DNA of 64,000 nucleotides, taken from a virus (taxonomy: Duplodnaviria > Caudoviricetes). Location of the stretch: positions 128,001-192,000 of the IMG/VR virus record IMGVR_UViG_3300017766_003100. One strand, written 5' to 3'. A model generated the notes under the pieces. The model was not told where the DNA came from. It worked only from the letters and a program-made list of their open reading frames with translations, and made no database searches. How positions within the stretch are numbered: the first letter of the stretch is position 1; each line of letters starts with the position of its first letter. The translations under genes were made by a program, and so were the position numbers. Of the stretch, positions 40,512 to 49,000 are shown piece after piece.

Positions 40512-40665
40512 TAAAATTTTAATTGGAAAAAAAGGGAAATCTGATAATGGTTATGTTTTTGCTGCTTACATTAAAATATTAGAACTACAACTCCCTATAA
40601 AATTCGTCCGACTTGATGAAAAAGGTCAACCAATCTTTATTAAAATAAACAATAACGAATTATGA
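40504..40665 (+). CDS. Small chimeric ORF with thioesterase-like C-terminal segment
   Basis: IKFVRLDEKGQPIFI vs thioesterase IKFVRIDEEGYPIPI. Confidence 0.45.
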   Translation: MNDKILIGKKGKSDNGYVFAAYIKILELQLPIKFVRLDEKGQPIFIKINNNEL

Positions 40666-40871
40666 AAATTAACATTGATGGAAATGATTTACTCAAACAC
40701 TTAACATTTTGGCATAATAAAACCGATGATGAGTGCATTGAGTTGGCAACCAACGAATTTGGATTAGATGCTCAAGAAGCATTAATGAATATGCTTGAGA
40801 GGGATTTCTGTACCCAAGTAAACAATAATATCATTGAAGATTTAAAAAAATGGATTAACGATTATGAATAA
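40662..40871 (+). CDS. Hypothetical protein
   Basis: ATGA overlap. Confidence 0.45.
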   Translation: MKINIDGNDLLKHLTFWHNKTDDECIELATNEFGLDAQEALMNMLERDFCTQVNNNIIEDLKKWINDYE

Positions 40872-41067
40872 AAGAGATATTATAGAATCAATGTTGAATA
40901 TGGAAGACCCAATTACCAAACAACATTGGATGAGTTGGGATAAAGGTGATTGCTCAGAAATAGGATTGTGTGAGATATTATTAGCACAACTTATTAGAGA
41001 ACATAAAGAAGCAAATGAACTATATTATGATACAGACTACGATAAAATAACATTAAGATATGAATAA
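40864..41067 (+). CDS. Hypothetical protein
   Basis: Overlapping packed ORF. Confidence 0.45.
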   Translation: MNKRDIIESMLNMEDPITKQHWMSWDKGDCSEIGLCEILLAQLIREHKEANELYYDTDYDKITLRYE

Positions 41068-41197
41068 AGAACAACAAACACTCTATTCAGAAATTGAAAC
41101 ACTTATTATTAAGTGGAATATTGATGGAACTAAAACTGCAGGTTCTCTCACTAGAGATATAATGAAACTAATAGAAAGTAAAAATGAAAATCAATAA
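41060..41197 (+). CDS. Small hypothetical protein (45 aa, not in track)
   Basis: MNKEQQTLYSEIETLIIKWNIDGTKTAG... Confidence 0.45.
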   Translation: MNKEQQTLYSEIETLIIKWNIDGTKTAGSLTRDIMKLIESKNENQ

Positions 41198-41336
41198 AGA
41201 AGAACTATATAAACTCTATATGGAGTGGGTAGATGGAGTTGCCGAAGAATGTGATTGGAAAACTTCATTTACACCAGAAGAAATAGTTGGAGCAATCTCT
41301 ACCATTTTAGAAAATAATCCACAATTATATGAGTAA
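41184..41336 (+). CDS. Small hypothetical protein (50 aa, not in track)
   Basis: MKINKEELYKLYMEWVDGVAEECDWKT... Confidence 0.5.
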   Translation: MKINKEELYKLYMEWVDGVAEECDWKTSFTPEEIVGAISTILENNPQLYE

Positions 41337-41490
41337 AGAAGATACATATTCAATACCTATTTACGAAAACGGAGTGAAGACAGAATGGAGTGTTGATGGA
41401 ATAATTGGTGATGAGAAATACTTTAAATTATTAGAGTTGGGTAATGGGAAAGATTTACCTGATATGATTAACACAACAACGAAACAATAG
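41329..41490 (+). CDS. Small hypothetical protein (53 aa, not in track)
   Basis: MSKEDTYSIPIYENGVKTEW... Confidence 0.45.
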   Translation: MSKEDTYSIPIYENGVKTEWSVDGIIGDEKYFKLLELGNGKDLPDMINTTTKQ

Positions 41491-41496
41491 ATTAGT

Positions 41497-41625
41497 ATGA
41501 ACAAACTAGATAAACTAATAGAATGGGTTAGTTGGGAAACATCCACACACTACTGCATTTCTCAATGGGATGTAGCCTCTTCAATTAAAATCAAATGGAT
41601 TAAAAAAAATGAACAAACTAGATAA
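41497..41625 (+). CDS. Small ORF (42 aa) starting MNKLDKLIE
   Basis: Open frame from ATG 41497 to TAA 41625. Confidence 0.35.
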   Translation: MNKLDKLIEWVSWETSTHYCISQWDVASSIKIKWIKKNEQTR

Positions 41626-41637
41626 ACTAATAGAATG
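41497..41637 (+). repeat. 29-bp perfect direct repeat of a gene start (41497-41525 and 41609-41637); near-copy at thyA start 41817
   Basis: atgaacaaactagataaactaatagaatg occurs twice; thyA begins atgaataaactagataaa. Confidence 0.9.
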
Positions 41638-41824
41638 CGGTGCTGAACTAGCACGTAAGCATGAAGAAAAGAGTGATGAAATATTAAATAATCCTGATGT
41701 ACCGCAGGAATTAAAAGATATCATTATTGAAAGTAGAATACCTGATGATAAGATAGTTGATTTAACAGGAGGTAAAAGAATAAAATATATTAATCCCAAC
41801 ACATTCGAAATTGAATATGAATAA
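41609..41824 (+). CDS. Hypothetical protein starting MNKLDKLIE
   Basis: ORF, 71 aa. Confidence 0.5.
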   Translation: MNKLDKLIECGAELARKHEEKSDEILNNPDVPQELKDIIIESRIPDDKIVDLTGGKRIKYINPNTFEIEYE

Positions 41825-43121
41825 ACTAGATAAAGATTACACAGCACTCCTACAAGACATACTTGATAATGGAGTTACAAAAAAAGACAGAACTGGCACT
41901 GGTACTATCTCAGTATTCGGTAGACAAATTCGTCATCGAATGAGTGATGGATTTCCATTATTAACTTCCAAAAAAATGTATTTCAAAGGTATTGTAACCG
42001 AACTTATATGGTTTTTAAGGGGTGATACAAATATCAAATACCTTGTTGATAATAATTGTCATATATGGGATGGGGATGCTTATAAGAGGTTTTCTCAAAT
42101 TAGAAAATCCATGTTAATGTTAAAACCACCTGCATCGGAAGATAAATTAAGAGAATATATTGAGTGGTATGAGCAAGTAACAACACAAGAAGAATTCATT
42201 AACAAAATCAAAACAGATGATGAGTTTGCTCAGAAGTGGGGTGAACTCGGCTCCATCTATGGTAAGCAATGGAGAAGTTGGAATAAAAAGAAAATGTATC
42301 TATCGACAGATGGTTCATACGAAAACATTTATGATGAGGCTGACCAAACAGTTATAGACCAAATTGCAAACCTAATCAACGACCTTAAAACAAATCCAGA
42401 TTCAAGACGCCTACTTGTGTCAGCTTGGAATGTTGGAGAATTGGATTCAATGACACTTCCACCTTGTCATTATGGATTTCAAGTTTATACAAGAGAGTTG
42501 AGTAATGAGGAAGTTGCATTTGAAGCAAATAAAAGAGGTTTTAATCTTAAAGGAATGACTGTAATGGGTAAATTATTGATTGACCCTAAAGAAGTCAAAG
42601 AATACAACTTACCAACCAGAGCAATCTCTTTAATGTATAATACCAGAAGCCAAGATTTACCATTAGGTACGCCATTCAATATAGCTTCTTACGGACTTTT
42701 ATTAACAATACTTGGTAAGATGGTTAATATGGTTCCAGATGAATTAATTGCTAATATGGGTGATTGTCATATCTACTTAAATCAAGTTGAGGGTGTGAAA
42801 GAACAGATTGGTAGAGCAATGACCACTGAAGAAAGAATGGATTGGTGGTTTAAGAATTGTAAACCGAATAAAGAAGTTTGCGATAGTGTTGATGAAATGC
42901 CTGACTATGGTAAACACACTATTTTTGATTTGTGTTTACCAAGAACACCAACACGAACAAGAGAACCATATCCCCTACCAACATTAAAGATTAATTCAGG
43001 TAATGAGAATTGGCATTTGTTAGAGTTAGATGAAGTATTGAATACAATAGACCCAGACATTACATTCAAGGTTGAAAACTATCAATCACATCCAACAATT
43101 AAATTTCCATTATCAAATTAA
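41817..43121 (+). CDS. thyA: Thymidylate synthase with two in-frame insertions
   Basis: DRTGTGT, FPLLTSKK, YGKQWR, PDSRR, catalytic LPPCH, RSQD, PFNIASY (dUMP-type Asn), GDCHIY; ATG 41817. Confidence 0.95.
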   Translation: MNKLDKDYTALLQDILDNGVTKKDRTGTGTISVFGRQIRHRMSDGFPLLTSKKMYFKGIVTELIWFLRGDTNIKYLVDNNCHIWDGDAYKRFSQIRKSMLMLKPPASEDKLREYIEWYEQVTTQEEFINKIKTDDEFAQKWGELGSIYGKQWRSWNKKKMYLSTDGSYENIYDEADQTVIDQIANLINDLKTNPDSRRLLVSAWNVGELDSMTLPPCHYGFQVYTRELSNEEVAFEANKRGFNLKGMTVMGKLLIDPKEVKEYNLPTRAISLMYNTRSQDLPLGTPFNIASYGLLLTILGKMVNMVPDELIANMGDCHIYLNQVEGVKEQIGRAMTTEERMDWWFKNCKPNKEVCDSVDEMPDYGKHTIFDLCLPRTPTRTREPYPLPTLKINSGNENWHLLELDEVLNTIDPDITFKVENYQSHPTIKFPLSN

Positions 43122-43125
43122 GAAT

Positions 43126-43368
43126 ATGAAAACAATCAAAATTAGATTTATCTATTATCCAAATCGTGATAGATACACTATCCAAAGAAAAACTTTATTT
43201 GGTTGGAAAGATATTACACGTAGAATAGATTTTGGGTATGGTAGTGGTATTGAGTATTACGCTGGAAGTACAAAAGAAGATTTATTGAATGTTGTATTGG
43301 ATGATTATTATATAGTTAATAAAAAACATATTAGAATTGTTGAATATCCCGAATTAAAATTTTATTAA
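43126..43368 (+). CDS. Hypothetical protein
   Basis: ATG 43126, MKTIKIRFIY... Confidence 0.5.
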   Translation: MKTIKIRFIYYPNRDRYTIQRKTLFGWKDITRRIDFGYGSGIEYYAGSTKEDLLNVVLDDYYIVNKKHIRIVEYPELKFY

Positions 43369-43369
43369 T

Positions 43370-43633
43370 ATGAAAACAGAAACATTAAAAAAACTAATAC
43401 AAAATGTCTTTGATAAAACAGATGACAAAGAAGAAATATATAGTGAAATTATGGCGTTGATTACATTATACGAATTAGATGAACCAGAACCAAAATTTCT
43501 AAACAACGCGTTCCCCTATAAAACATTTGAAAATCCATATTACATTAATTGTATGTGTAATCCATTGAATGGTGGTGATGGAATCTGTAATTGTACAAAA
43601 GGGGGACAGTATTATTCAACAACAACAATATAA
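43370..43633 (+). CDS. Hypothetical protein with C-terminal Cys cluster
   Basis: CMCNPLNGGDGICNC. Confidence 0.5.
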   Translation: MKTETLKKLIQNVFDKTDDKEEIYSEIMALITLYELDEPEPKFLNNAFPYKTFENPYYINCMCNPLNGGDGICNCTKGGQYYSTTTI

Positions 43634-43639
43634 AAACAA

Positions 43640-44203
43640 ATGGGAATAGTAGAACATTCAAAATTAGAATTACAAATGGCTGGATACTTTGATGAAGATT
43701 CAGATTATGGTGGAGCTTTAGGTGATGCCGTTATGGAACTTATTGAAGTATTTGCCAAACAAGGACATTCAGGTATGTCAGCATCAATGGTAAGAGCATT
43801 ATTTGCAAAATTAGGAAATTATGAACCCCTATTACCAATCACAGGGAAAGATGAAGAGTGGGGTGATATAAGAGATTATAGTAATAATCCTTATTATCAA
43901 AACAAAAGAGAAAGTGCTTTATTCAAGTATAGTGATGGTAGTGTTCATTACATAAAAGCTATTGTTAAAAGAACTCCTGATGGAATTACTTGGACTGGTC
44001 CATTATATCTTACAAGAGAAGATGCTATTAATTGTGTAGATAGAATTGGTAGTAATTTAGAAATCAAAGGATTTCCATTCATACCAAAGACATTTTACAT
44101 TGATGTATTAGAAGAAGAAATTGAAAAGGATGATTGGATTATGTGGTGTAAAGACCCCTCTCAATTAGATGAAGTTTGGGAATACTATAAAAAACCTTAT
44201 TAA
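43640..44203 (+). CDS. Conserved phage hypothetical protein
   Basis: ELIEVFAKQGHSGMSA...PLLPITGKDEEW motif typical of a widespread phage family. Confidence 0.55.
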   Translation: MGIVEHSKLELQMAGYFDEDSDYGGALGDAVMELIEVFAKQGHSGMSASMVRALFAKLGNYEPLLPITGKDEEWGDIRDYSNNPYYQNKRESALFKYSDGSVHYIKAIVKRTPDGITWTGPLYLTREDAINCVDRIGSNLEIKGFPFIPKTFYIDVLEEEIEKDDWIMWCKDPSQLDEVWEYYKKPY

Positions 44204-44445
44204 TGAATATGAAAAAACTATTATTTTTATTATTAGTCATTTTAATGACATCTTGTGTTGACCAAGTAAATAGACAAAAACATTTGGAAAAATTATATCC
44301 AAATTGTAAAGTTGAACCAGCAACAGGATTAGTTCAACAAAACGGATTTGATTTTATTGTAATTGATTCAACAAACCAAATCATTGCTGTAAACTTCTAT
44401 ATGTTCAGTGAAACAAAAATATGGTCATTAAGAAATATTAGATAA
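44203..44445 (+). CDS. Putative lipoprotein
   Basis: MKKLLFLLLVILMTS-C lipobox-type signal. Confidence 0.65.
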   Translation: MNMKKLLFLLLVILMTSCVDQVNRQKHLEKLYPNCKVEPATGLVQQNGFDFIVIDSTNQIIAVNFYMFSETKIWSLRNIR

Positions 44446-44458
44446 AATTATTAATCAA

Positions 44459-44465
44459 TATTTAT
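44459..44465 (+). promoter_or_regulatory. Putative late promoter TATTTAT
   Basis: 15 nt upstream of ATG 44481. Confidence 0.5.
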
Positions 44466-44480
44466 TTGATAAAAATCACA

Positions 44481-44906
44481 ATGAGAAATATTATAAAAAA
44501 AATATTGAGAGAAGAATCTGAACTAAACGAATTAAAACGTTTAGTTGATTCATATCAACCAAATAATGTACAATTAGCTTTAATAATGTCAGAAGGATTT
44601 GGACTTAAAAAAGAAGTTTTAGAACTTATTCTTAATCGGATATTAGAAGAAATTAAAACATTAGTTGAAGAAAATCCTGATGAATATAGTGATGAAGTTT
44701 TAGATTTGATTGAATATGTTAATGAGATTAAAATAAATAAGATAACAGAAAATTTTAGTAAAAGTACTAAATATGTTATATATGTTGACGTTTATTACTC
44801 TAATTCAACTGAAGAAGATTTTGATTCTTTATTTGGAGAAATTGAGTGGGACTTTCAAAAATTAACTGGAGAACGTCTTATGTTAGAGTTAACAAAAATA
44901 GATTAA
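44481..44906 (+). CDS. Acidic protein with IIKKILRE N-terminus (putative head-internal protein)
   Basis: ATG 44481: MRNIIKKILREESELNE. Confidence 0.5.
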   Translation: MRNIIKKILREESELNELKRLVDSYQPNNVQLALIMSEGFGLKKEVLELILNRILEEIKTLVEENPDEYSDEVLDLIEYVNEIKINKITENFSKSTKYVIYVDVYYSNSTEEDFDSLFGEIEWDFQKLTGERLMLELTKID

Positions 44907-44916
44907 AATTGGTAAT

Positions 44917-45039
44917 ATGAATACATTTGTAGTTGTCAAAGAATTGGAAAATGGTTATATTATAATGGCACCAGATGGTGAAACTAGTTATATAACAGAA
45001 GATACTTATCAAAAACTAAAATCCAAAGGTAAAATATAG
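44917..45039 (+). CDS. Small hypothetical protein (40 aa, not in track)
   Basis: MNTFVVVKELENGYII...; abuts GTG 45039. Confidence 0.4.
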   Translation: MNTFVVVKELENGYIIMAPDGETSYITEDTYQKLKSKGKI

Positions 45040-45275
45040 TGAAAACCTACATTCACGTTAATCAACATCACATCCGTTCCAATAAAACAAAAGGAACGGA
45101 TTTACCTGTTATAACAATCAAACAAGGTAAAAAGAACACCTATTGTAATGAGGTTGAAATATTGGGACCCAGTAAGATTATATATGGTGGTGAGGGTTGT
45201 GATGCAAAACCAATCTTATCTTGTGGTGCAAGGGTGGTTATTGTAACTGAATCGGAGATTAATATTATTAAATGA
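45039..45275 (+). CDS. Conserved phage hypothetical protein
   Basis: IHVNQH.I..N...PVITIK...Y..EVEILGPS...LSCGARV motif. Confidence 0.6.
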   Translation: MKTYIHVNQHHIRSNKTKGTDLPVITIKQGKKNTYCNEVEILGPSKIIYGGEGCDAKPILSCGARVVIVTESEINIIK

Positions 45276-45277
45276 GA

Positions 45278-45309
45278 TTTGACAATCCAAGGTTGATTTT
45301 CTATATTAT
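45278..45309 (+). promoter_or_regulatory. Host-type early promoter TTTG(ACA)-N20-TATATTAT
   Basis: Fits Bacteroidota -33/-7 spacing with a variant -7 element; also reads as TTGACA-N17-TATATT. Confidence 0.55.
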
Positions 45310-45340
45310 CTTAAATTAACAATTTAAAATTTACAAGACA

Positions 45341-45601
45341 ATGATAGTTTATGAATACACAATGAAGGGTAATGATAAACCCATCCATTATTTAACTCCA
45401 TTTGAAAATATGGCCGAAACTGATTGTGATGATTGGATAATAATATGGGAAGCTGAAGTTGCCCCTATTGAATTCCAAAATGATGAATCAGAGGAAAAAA
45501 CAAAAGAATGTAAAGATGCTGGATATTCTTATTGTCAAGGTATTGGGTGGGTTAAACTTATTAATCAAATAAACAAAATTAATTTAAAGAAGGGACTATG
45601 A
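45341..45601 (+). CDS. Hypothetical protein
   Basis: ORF downstream of promoter. Confidence 0.5.
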   Translation: MIVYEYTMKGNDKPIHYLTPFENMAETDCDDWIIIWEAEVAPIEFQNDESEEKTKECKDAGYSYCQGIGWVKLINQINKINLKKGL

Positions 45602-45816
45602 TGACACTTTTAAAATTCACAATTAATAATGAACCGATTTATATAAATCCAGGAATGATATTATCATTAAGTCCAAGAGAAAATGGAACTGAAATAACAA
45701 CGATGAATCCTAATGAATTCTATCACGTTGACCAAAATATTGAAACAATAATTCAACATTTAAAAGCATATTCAATAACTAAACAAATAATTAATATTAC
45801 AGATGGGAAAGGCTAA
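45598..45816 (+). CDS. Hypothetical protein (FlbD-like small beta domain possible)
   Basis: PIYINPGMILSL...TEITT...YHVDQNIETI pattern. Confidence 0.4.
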   Translation: MMTLLKFTINNEPIYINPGMILSLSPRENGTEITTMNPNEFYHVDQNIETIIQHLKAYSITKQIINITDGKG

Positions 45817-46063
45817 AAAAGAACACAGAAAAAAAGTTGCAAAAAGAAATGAAAAAATTGCTGCAGAAAAGAAAAAATTCCAAAAACAATACACACAATT
45901 GTTGGAACAAAAATTGAAAGAATATCAAGCAAAATTAACTGAAAACGAACAATTAGAAAACGAGTTGAAAGTTACTCTAGGTGGACAAGAACTTGGATTT
46001 TCAGTTGTTGACCCAAGTGAATTGGAAAACAATACTGAACCTGAATCACAAAATGAAAATTGA
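45803..46063 (+). CDS. Basic coiled-coil hypothetical protein
   Basis: MGKAKKEHRKKVAKRN... Confidence 0.55.
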   Translation: MGKAKKEHRKKVAKRNEKIAAEKKKFQKQYTQLLEQKLKEYQAKLTENEQLENELKVTLGGQELGFSVVDPSELENNTEPESQNEN

Positions 46064-46226
46064 ATTTGATAATTGTCCAAAATGTGGGTCTGAAATAAAA
46101 CGAGAGGACAATTCTCTTCACGTATGGGAAATGGAGTATCAATGTGGACTTACAATGGTGGGCGCTATTGATACTCAAACCCACGGAGATGAAATTGAAA
46201 TAATTTCTGAGTGTTCTAAAAATTAA
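46053..46226 (+). CDS. Small Zn-finger protein
   Basis: ATG 46053; CPKCG...YQCG...C. Confidence 0.45.
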   Translation: MKIEFDNCPKCGSEIKREDNSLHVWEMEYQCGLTMVGAIDTQTHGDEIEIISECSKN

Positions 46227-46231
46227 AACAA

Positions 46232-46495
46232 ATGGTAAATAGAAAACTGAACGGCTTTTTTGTCTATGTGTTGTTAGCAGTAGTGTTTTCTTCTTGTGAT
46301 GTAGAAACTAAATTCCCTAATACCCAATCAAAATTTGTAGTAAAAAGAATTCAAACTAACAAAACAAAAGGAACTAATCTTTACTTAGTCGAGCCTATTG
46401 ATAAAATGGATTTGAATATGAAAGGAACTTGGTTTGTGGATAGTGTTGGCAGGTTCAATCCAGGTGATACATTGTCTTTTCAACATTACCGCTAA
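46232..46495 (+). CDS. Putative lipoprotein
   Basis: FFVYVLLAVVFSS-C lipobox-type signal. Confidence 0.55.
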   Translation: MVNRKLNGFFVYVLLAVVFSSCDVETKFPNTQSKFVVKRIQTNKTKGTNLYLVEPIDKMDLNMKGTWFVDSVGRFNPGDTLSFQHYR

Positions 46496-46541
46496 CAAAA
46501 ATATATACAACTCACCCCCAAAATCAATTAAAAGATTCACA

Positions 46542-48911
46542 ATGGATTTATTCAATCCACCAATAGAATACAATTACAATTATATGATTAAAGATATAGA
46601 TTTTACCAAGTTTGATAATCCATACATCCAGGTAATATGGGAAGATTATGCTGAAAACTTTACACAAGAAAAAATAAAGAGCATCAAACATTACTTCCAA
46701 AAAAAATACAATTCAACCAATGTTAATGTAATTACCAAAACAAAAATATCAGAAACAACCAATCACTCGGTTGATGTTTCCTTTAATATCTTGGATAAAA
46801 ATTATCAATATGAATTGGTAAAATCATATCTTGATTCCAAAAATCAAAATCAATTATCTGATGAAATCTTTAATCTAGATAGAATTGTTGATAATAGATT
46901 ATTGACAGATGAAGATATTACCCCATTCAAAAAATGGTATATCAAAAATATTGAATTCTCCAATTTCTTATCTTATGGACAAAATCAAAAAATAGATTTT
47001 GAAAAATGTAATGGAATATCGGTTGTTGAATCTGACCCACCAAATTTTGGTGGAAAGACAGTTTTAACCGTTGACCTATTGTTATTCCTATTCTTCAATG
47101 AAACCACCAAGACAACAAAAGCTGAAGAAATCTTTAATAGATTCTCAACTCAAGATAAAGTCCACGTAAAAGGTGAAATTATCATTGATGGGGATGAATA
47201 TGTAATCATTAGAAACATTGAAAGAAAGAAGAAGAAAGATGATACTTGGAATGTAAAAACCGAATTGGATTTTTATAAGAAATTATCCGATGGGTCATTA
47301 CAAAACTTCACTGGTGAACAAAGGAGGGAAACAGAGAATTTCATCAAAACATCAATTGGGACAAAAGATGATTTCTTGATGACAATCTTAACAACAGCAA
47401 CAAATCTTGAAGATTTGATTGACTCCAAACCAACAGCAAGAGGTCAAGTATTATCAAAATTTATGGGGTTAGACTTTCTCAAAAAGAAAGAAGAACTTGC
47501 AAAAGAAATATATTCTGACTTCTCAAAATCAATGTTGTCAAATGTATATTCTAGTGATAAATTGAAATCAGATAATGATGGTTATAATTCAAGAATACAA
47601 GAATTAACCACAGATAATATAACCCAACAAAACAATCTTATTGATGTTCAAAACAGAATAATCAAAGGACAAGAATATAGAGATGGATTATTAAAATCCA
47701 AACACACGGATATTGATGTTGAAATCTCCAATATTGTTCCTGAACGTATTGAAAGTGAAATTATGGGAATAAAAACCCAAAAACAAAGTGTTGAAAGACA
47801 ATTAAAAGAACTCAAGGTAGTTGAACCTACAGAGTTTTACTCGGAACAAGAACACGACTGGATAAAAGATGAACACAAACTATACTACAAAAAGATTGTT
47901 CAAGTTGAACAAACAATCAATTCGATTGAAGAACTAAAGTCTTCAGTTGATGGGGGAATTAAATGTGAACATTGTGGAATTGAATTAATAACCGCATCAA
48001 TAACTCAAAACAAGATAGCAGAACTTGACTATTATAATATTCAAAAAGTCGAATTTGAGGGGTTAATGTCTAATATAATAGACAGAGAAGCTAAGTATGT
48101 TCTATTGAAAAAAGAATTTGATGAGTATGAGAAAAACAAACTTATCAAAGAAAAATATGAACTTACAATTGAGGGTTATGAGATGAAAATCAAAGGGTTG
48201 GAAGATAAGTTGGAAAAATTCAATTTGTTACAGGATAAAATATCCACCAATAACAAAATTGAAACCCAACTTATCAAAGCCAATCTGAGAATTGATGAAT
48301 TGGATAGAGAAAAAGTATCTGTACAAAGAATCATTGATTCTAACAATTATCAAATTGAAAGTTTAAAAGATAAGATTAAAGATAATCTTCAAAAGATTGA
48401 AAAAATAAAGGAAGAATCTGAAAAGGAAAAAATATATAAGTTATATTTGGAAATATTTGGAAAGAATGGAATATCAAAGACAATAATGAAAACAATGATT
48501 CCAATGTTGAATTCTGAGTTACAGAGGTTATTGGAAGATAGTTGTCATTTTAGATTGGAGATTAATATTAATGATAAGAATGAGGTTGAATTTTTAATGA
48601 TTGATAATAATACCCAGGTTGAGAAACTTATGTCATCAGGGTCGGGTTATGAAAGAACTATTGCTTCATTAGCATTGAGAGCGGTGTTAAGTAAGATTAG
48701 TTCACTACCAAAACCCAACTTAGTGGTTTTTGATGAAATCTTTGGTAAAATCTCAAATGATAACTTGGATATGGTTGGAGAATTTTTTACTAAAATAAAG
48801 AACTATTTTGAGAAGATATTCGTTATTACCCATAATCCTTTAGTTAGTAATTGGGCGGATAATATTGTTAAAATCACGAAAGAGAATAACATCAGTAGTG
48901 TAAAACAATAA
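46542..48911 (+). CDS. Rad50/SbcC/gp46-like ATPase with an N-terminal extension of about 130 aa
   Basis: IKNIEFSNFLSYG, Walker A NFGGKT, Zn hook CEHC, signature SSGSGYE, Walker B VVFDE, H-loop ITHN; ATG 46542 preferred. Confidence 0.9.
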   Translation: MDLFNPPIEYNYNYMIKDIDFTKFDNPYIQVIWEDYAENFTQEKIKSIKHYFQKKYNSTNVNVITKTKISETTNHSVDVSFNILDKNYQYELVKSYLDSKNQNQLSDEIFNLDRIVDNRLLTDEDITPFKKWYIKNIEFSNFLSYGQNQKIDFEKCNGISVVESDPPNFGGKTVLTVDLLLFLFFNETTKTTKAEEIFNRFSTQDKVHVKGEIIIDGDEYVIIRNIERKKKKDDTWNVKTELDFYKKLSDGSLQNFTGEQRRETENFIKTSIGTKDDFLMTILTTATNLEDLIDSKPTARGQVLSKFMGLDFLKKKEELAKEIYSDFSKSMLSNVYSSDKLKSDNDGYNSRIQELTTDNITQQNNLIDVQNRIIKGQEYRDGLLKSKHTDIDVEISNIVPERIESEIMGIKTQKQSVERQLKELKVVEPTEFYSEQEHDWIKDEHKLYYKKIVQVEQTINSIEELKSSVDGGIKCEHCGIELITASITQNKIAELDYYNIQKVEFEGLMSNIIDREAKYVLLKKEFDEYEKNKLIKEKYELTIEGYEMKIKGLEDKLEKFNLLQDKISTNNKIETQLIKANLRIDELDREKVSVQRIIDSNNYQIESLKDKIKDNLQKIEKIKEESEKEKIYKLYLEIFGKNGISKTIMKTMIPMLNSELQRLLEDSCHFRLEININDKNEVEFLMIDNNTQVEKLMSSGSGYERTIASLALRAVLSKISSLPKPNLVVFDEIFGKISNDNLDMVGEFFTKIKNYFEKIFVITHNPLVSNWADNIVKITKENNISSVKQ

Positions 48912-48920
48912 AATGATTAA

Positions 48921-48948
48921 GCCCACCAAAAAAAAGGTGGGTTTTTTT
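48921..48948 (+). terminator. Intrinsic terminator
   Basis: gcccacc-aaaaaaaa-ggtgggt followed by a T tract. Confidence 0.8.
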
Positions 48949-48976
48949 GTTAGAATCAAAATTTGACTTATCTTTG
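48946..48976 (+). promoter_or_regulatory. Bacteroidota-type promoter TTTG-N19-TATCTTTG
   Basis: Exact consensus upstream of the 49001/sigma operon. Confidence 0.75.
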
Positions 48977-49000
48977 TCTTCACAAAAAAAATAATAAAAT

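Noticed and set aside
41817-43121. ThyA as a dNMP hydroxymethylase for modified bases, or an intein/intron host
   Set aside because: Retains the dUMP-type PFN Asn; insertions lack intein termini and the frame is uninterrupted
46434-46541. Track start of the Rad50-like ORF at 46434
   Set aside because: Overlaps the lipoprotein gene; ATG 46542 has a typical A-rich leader
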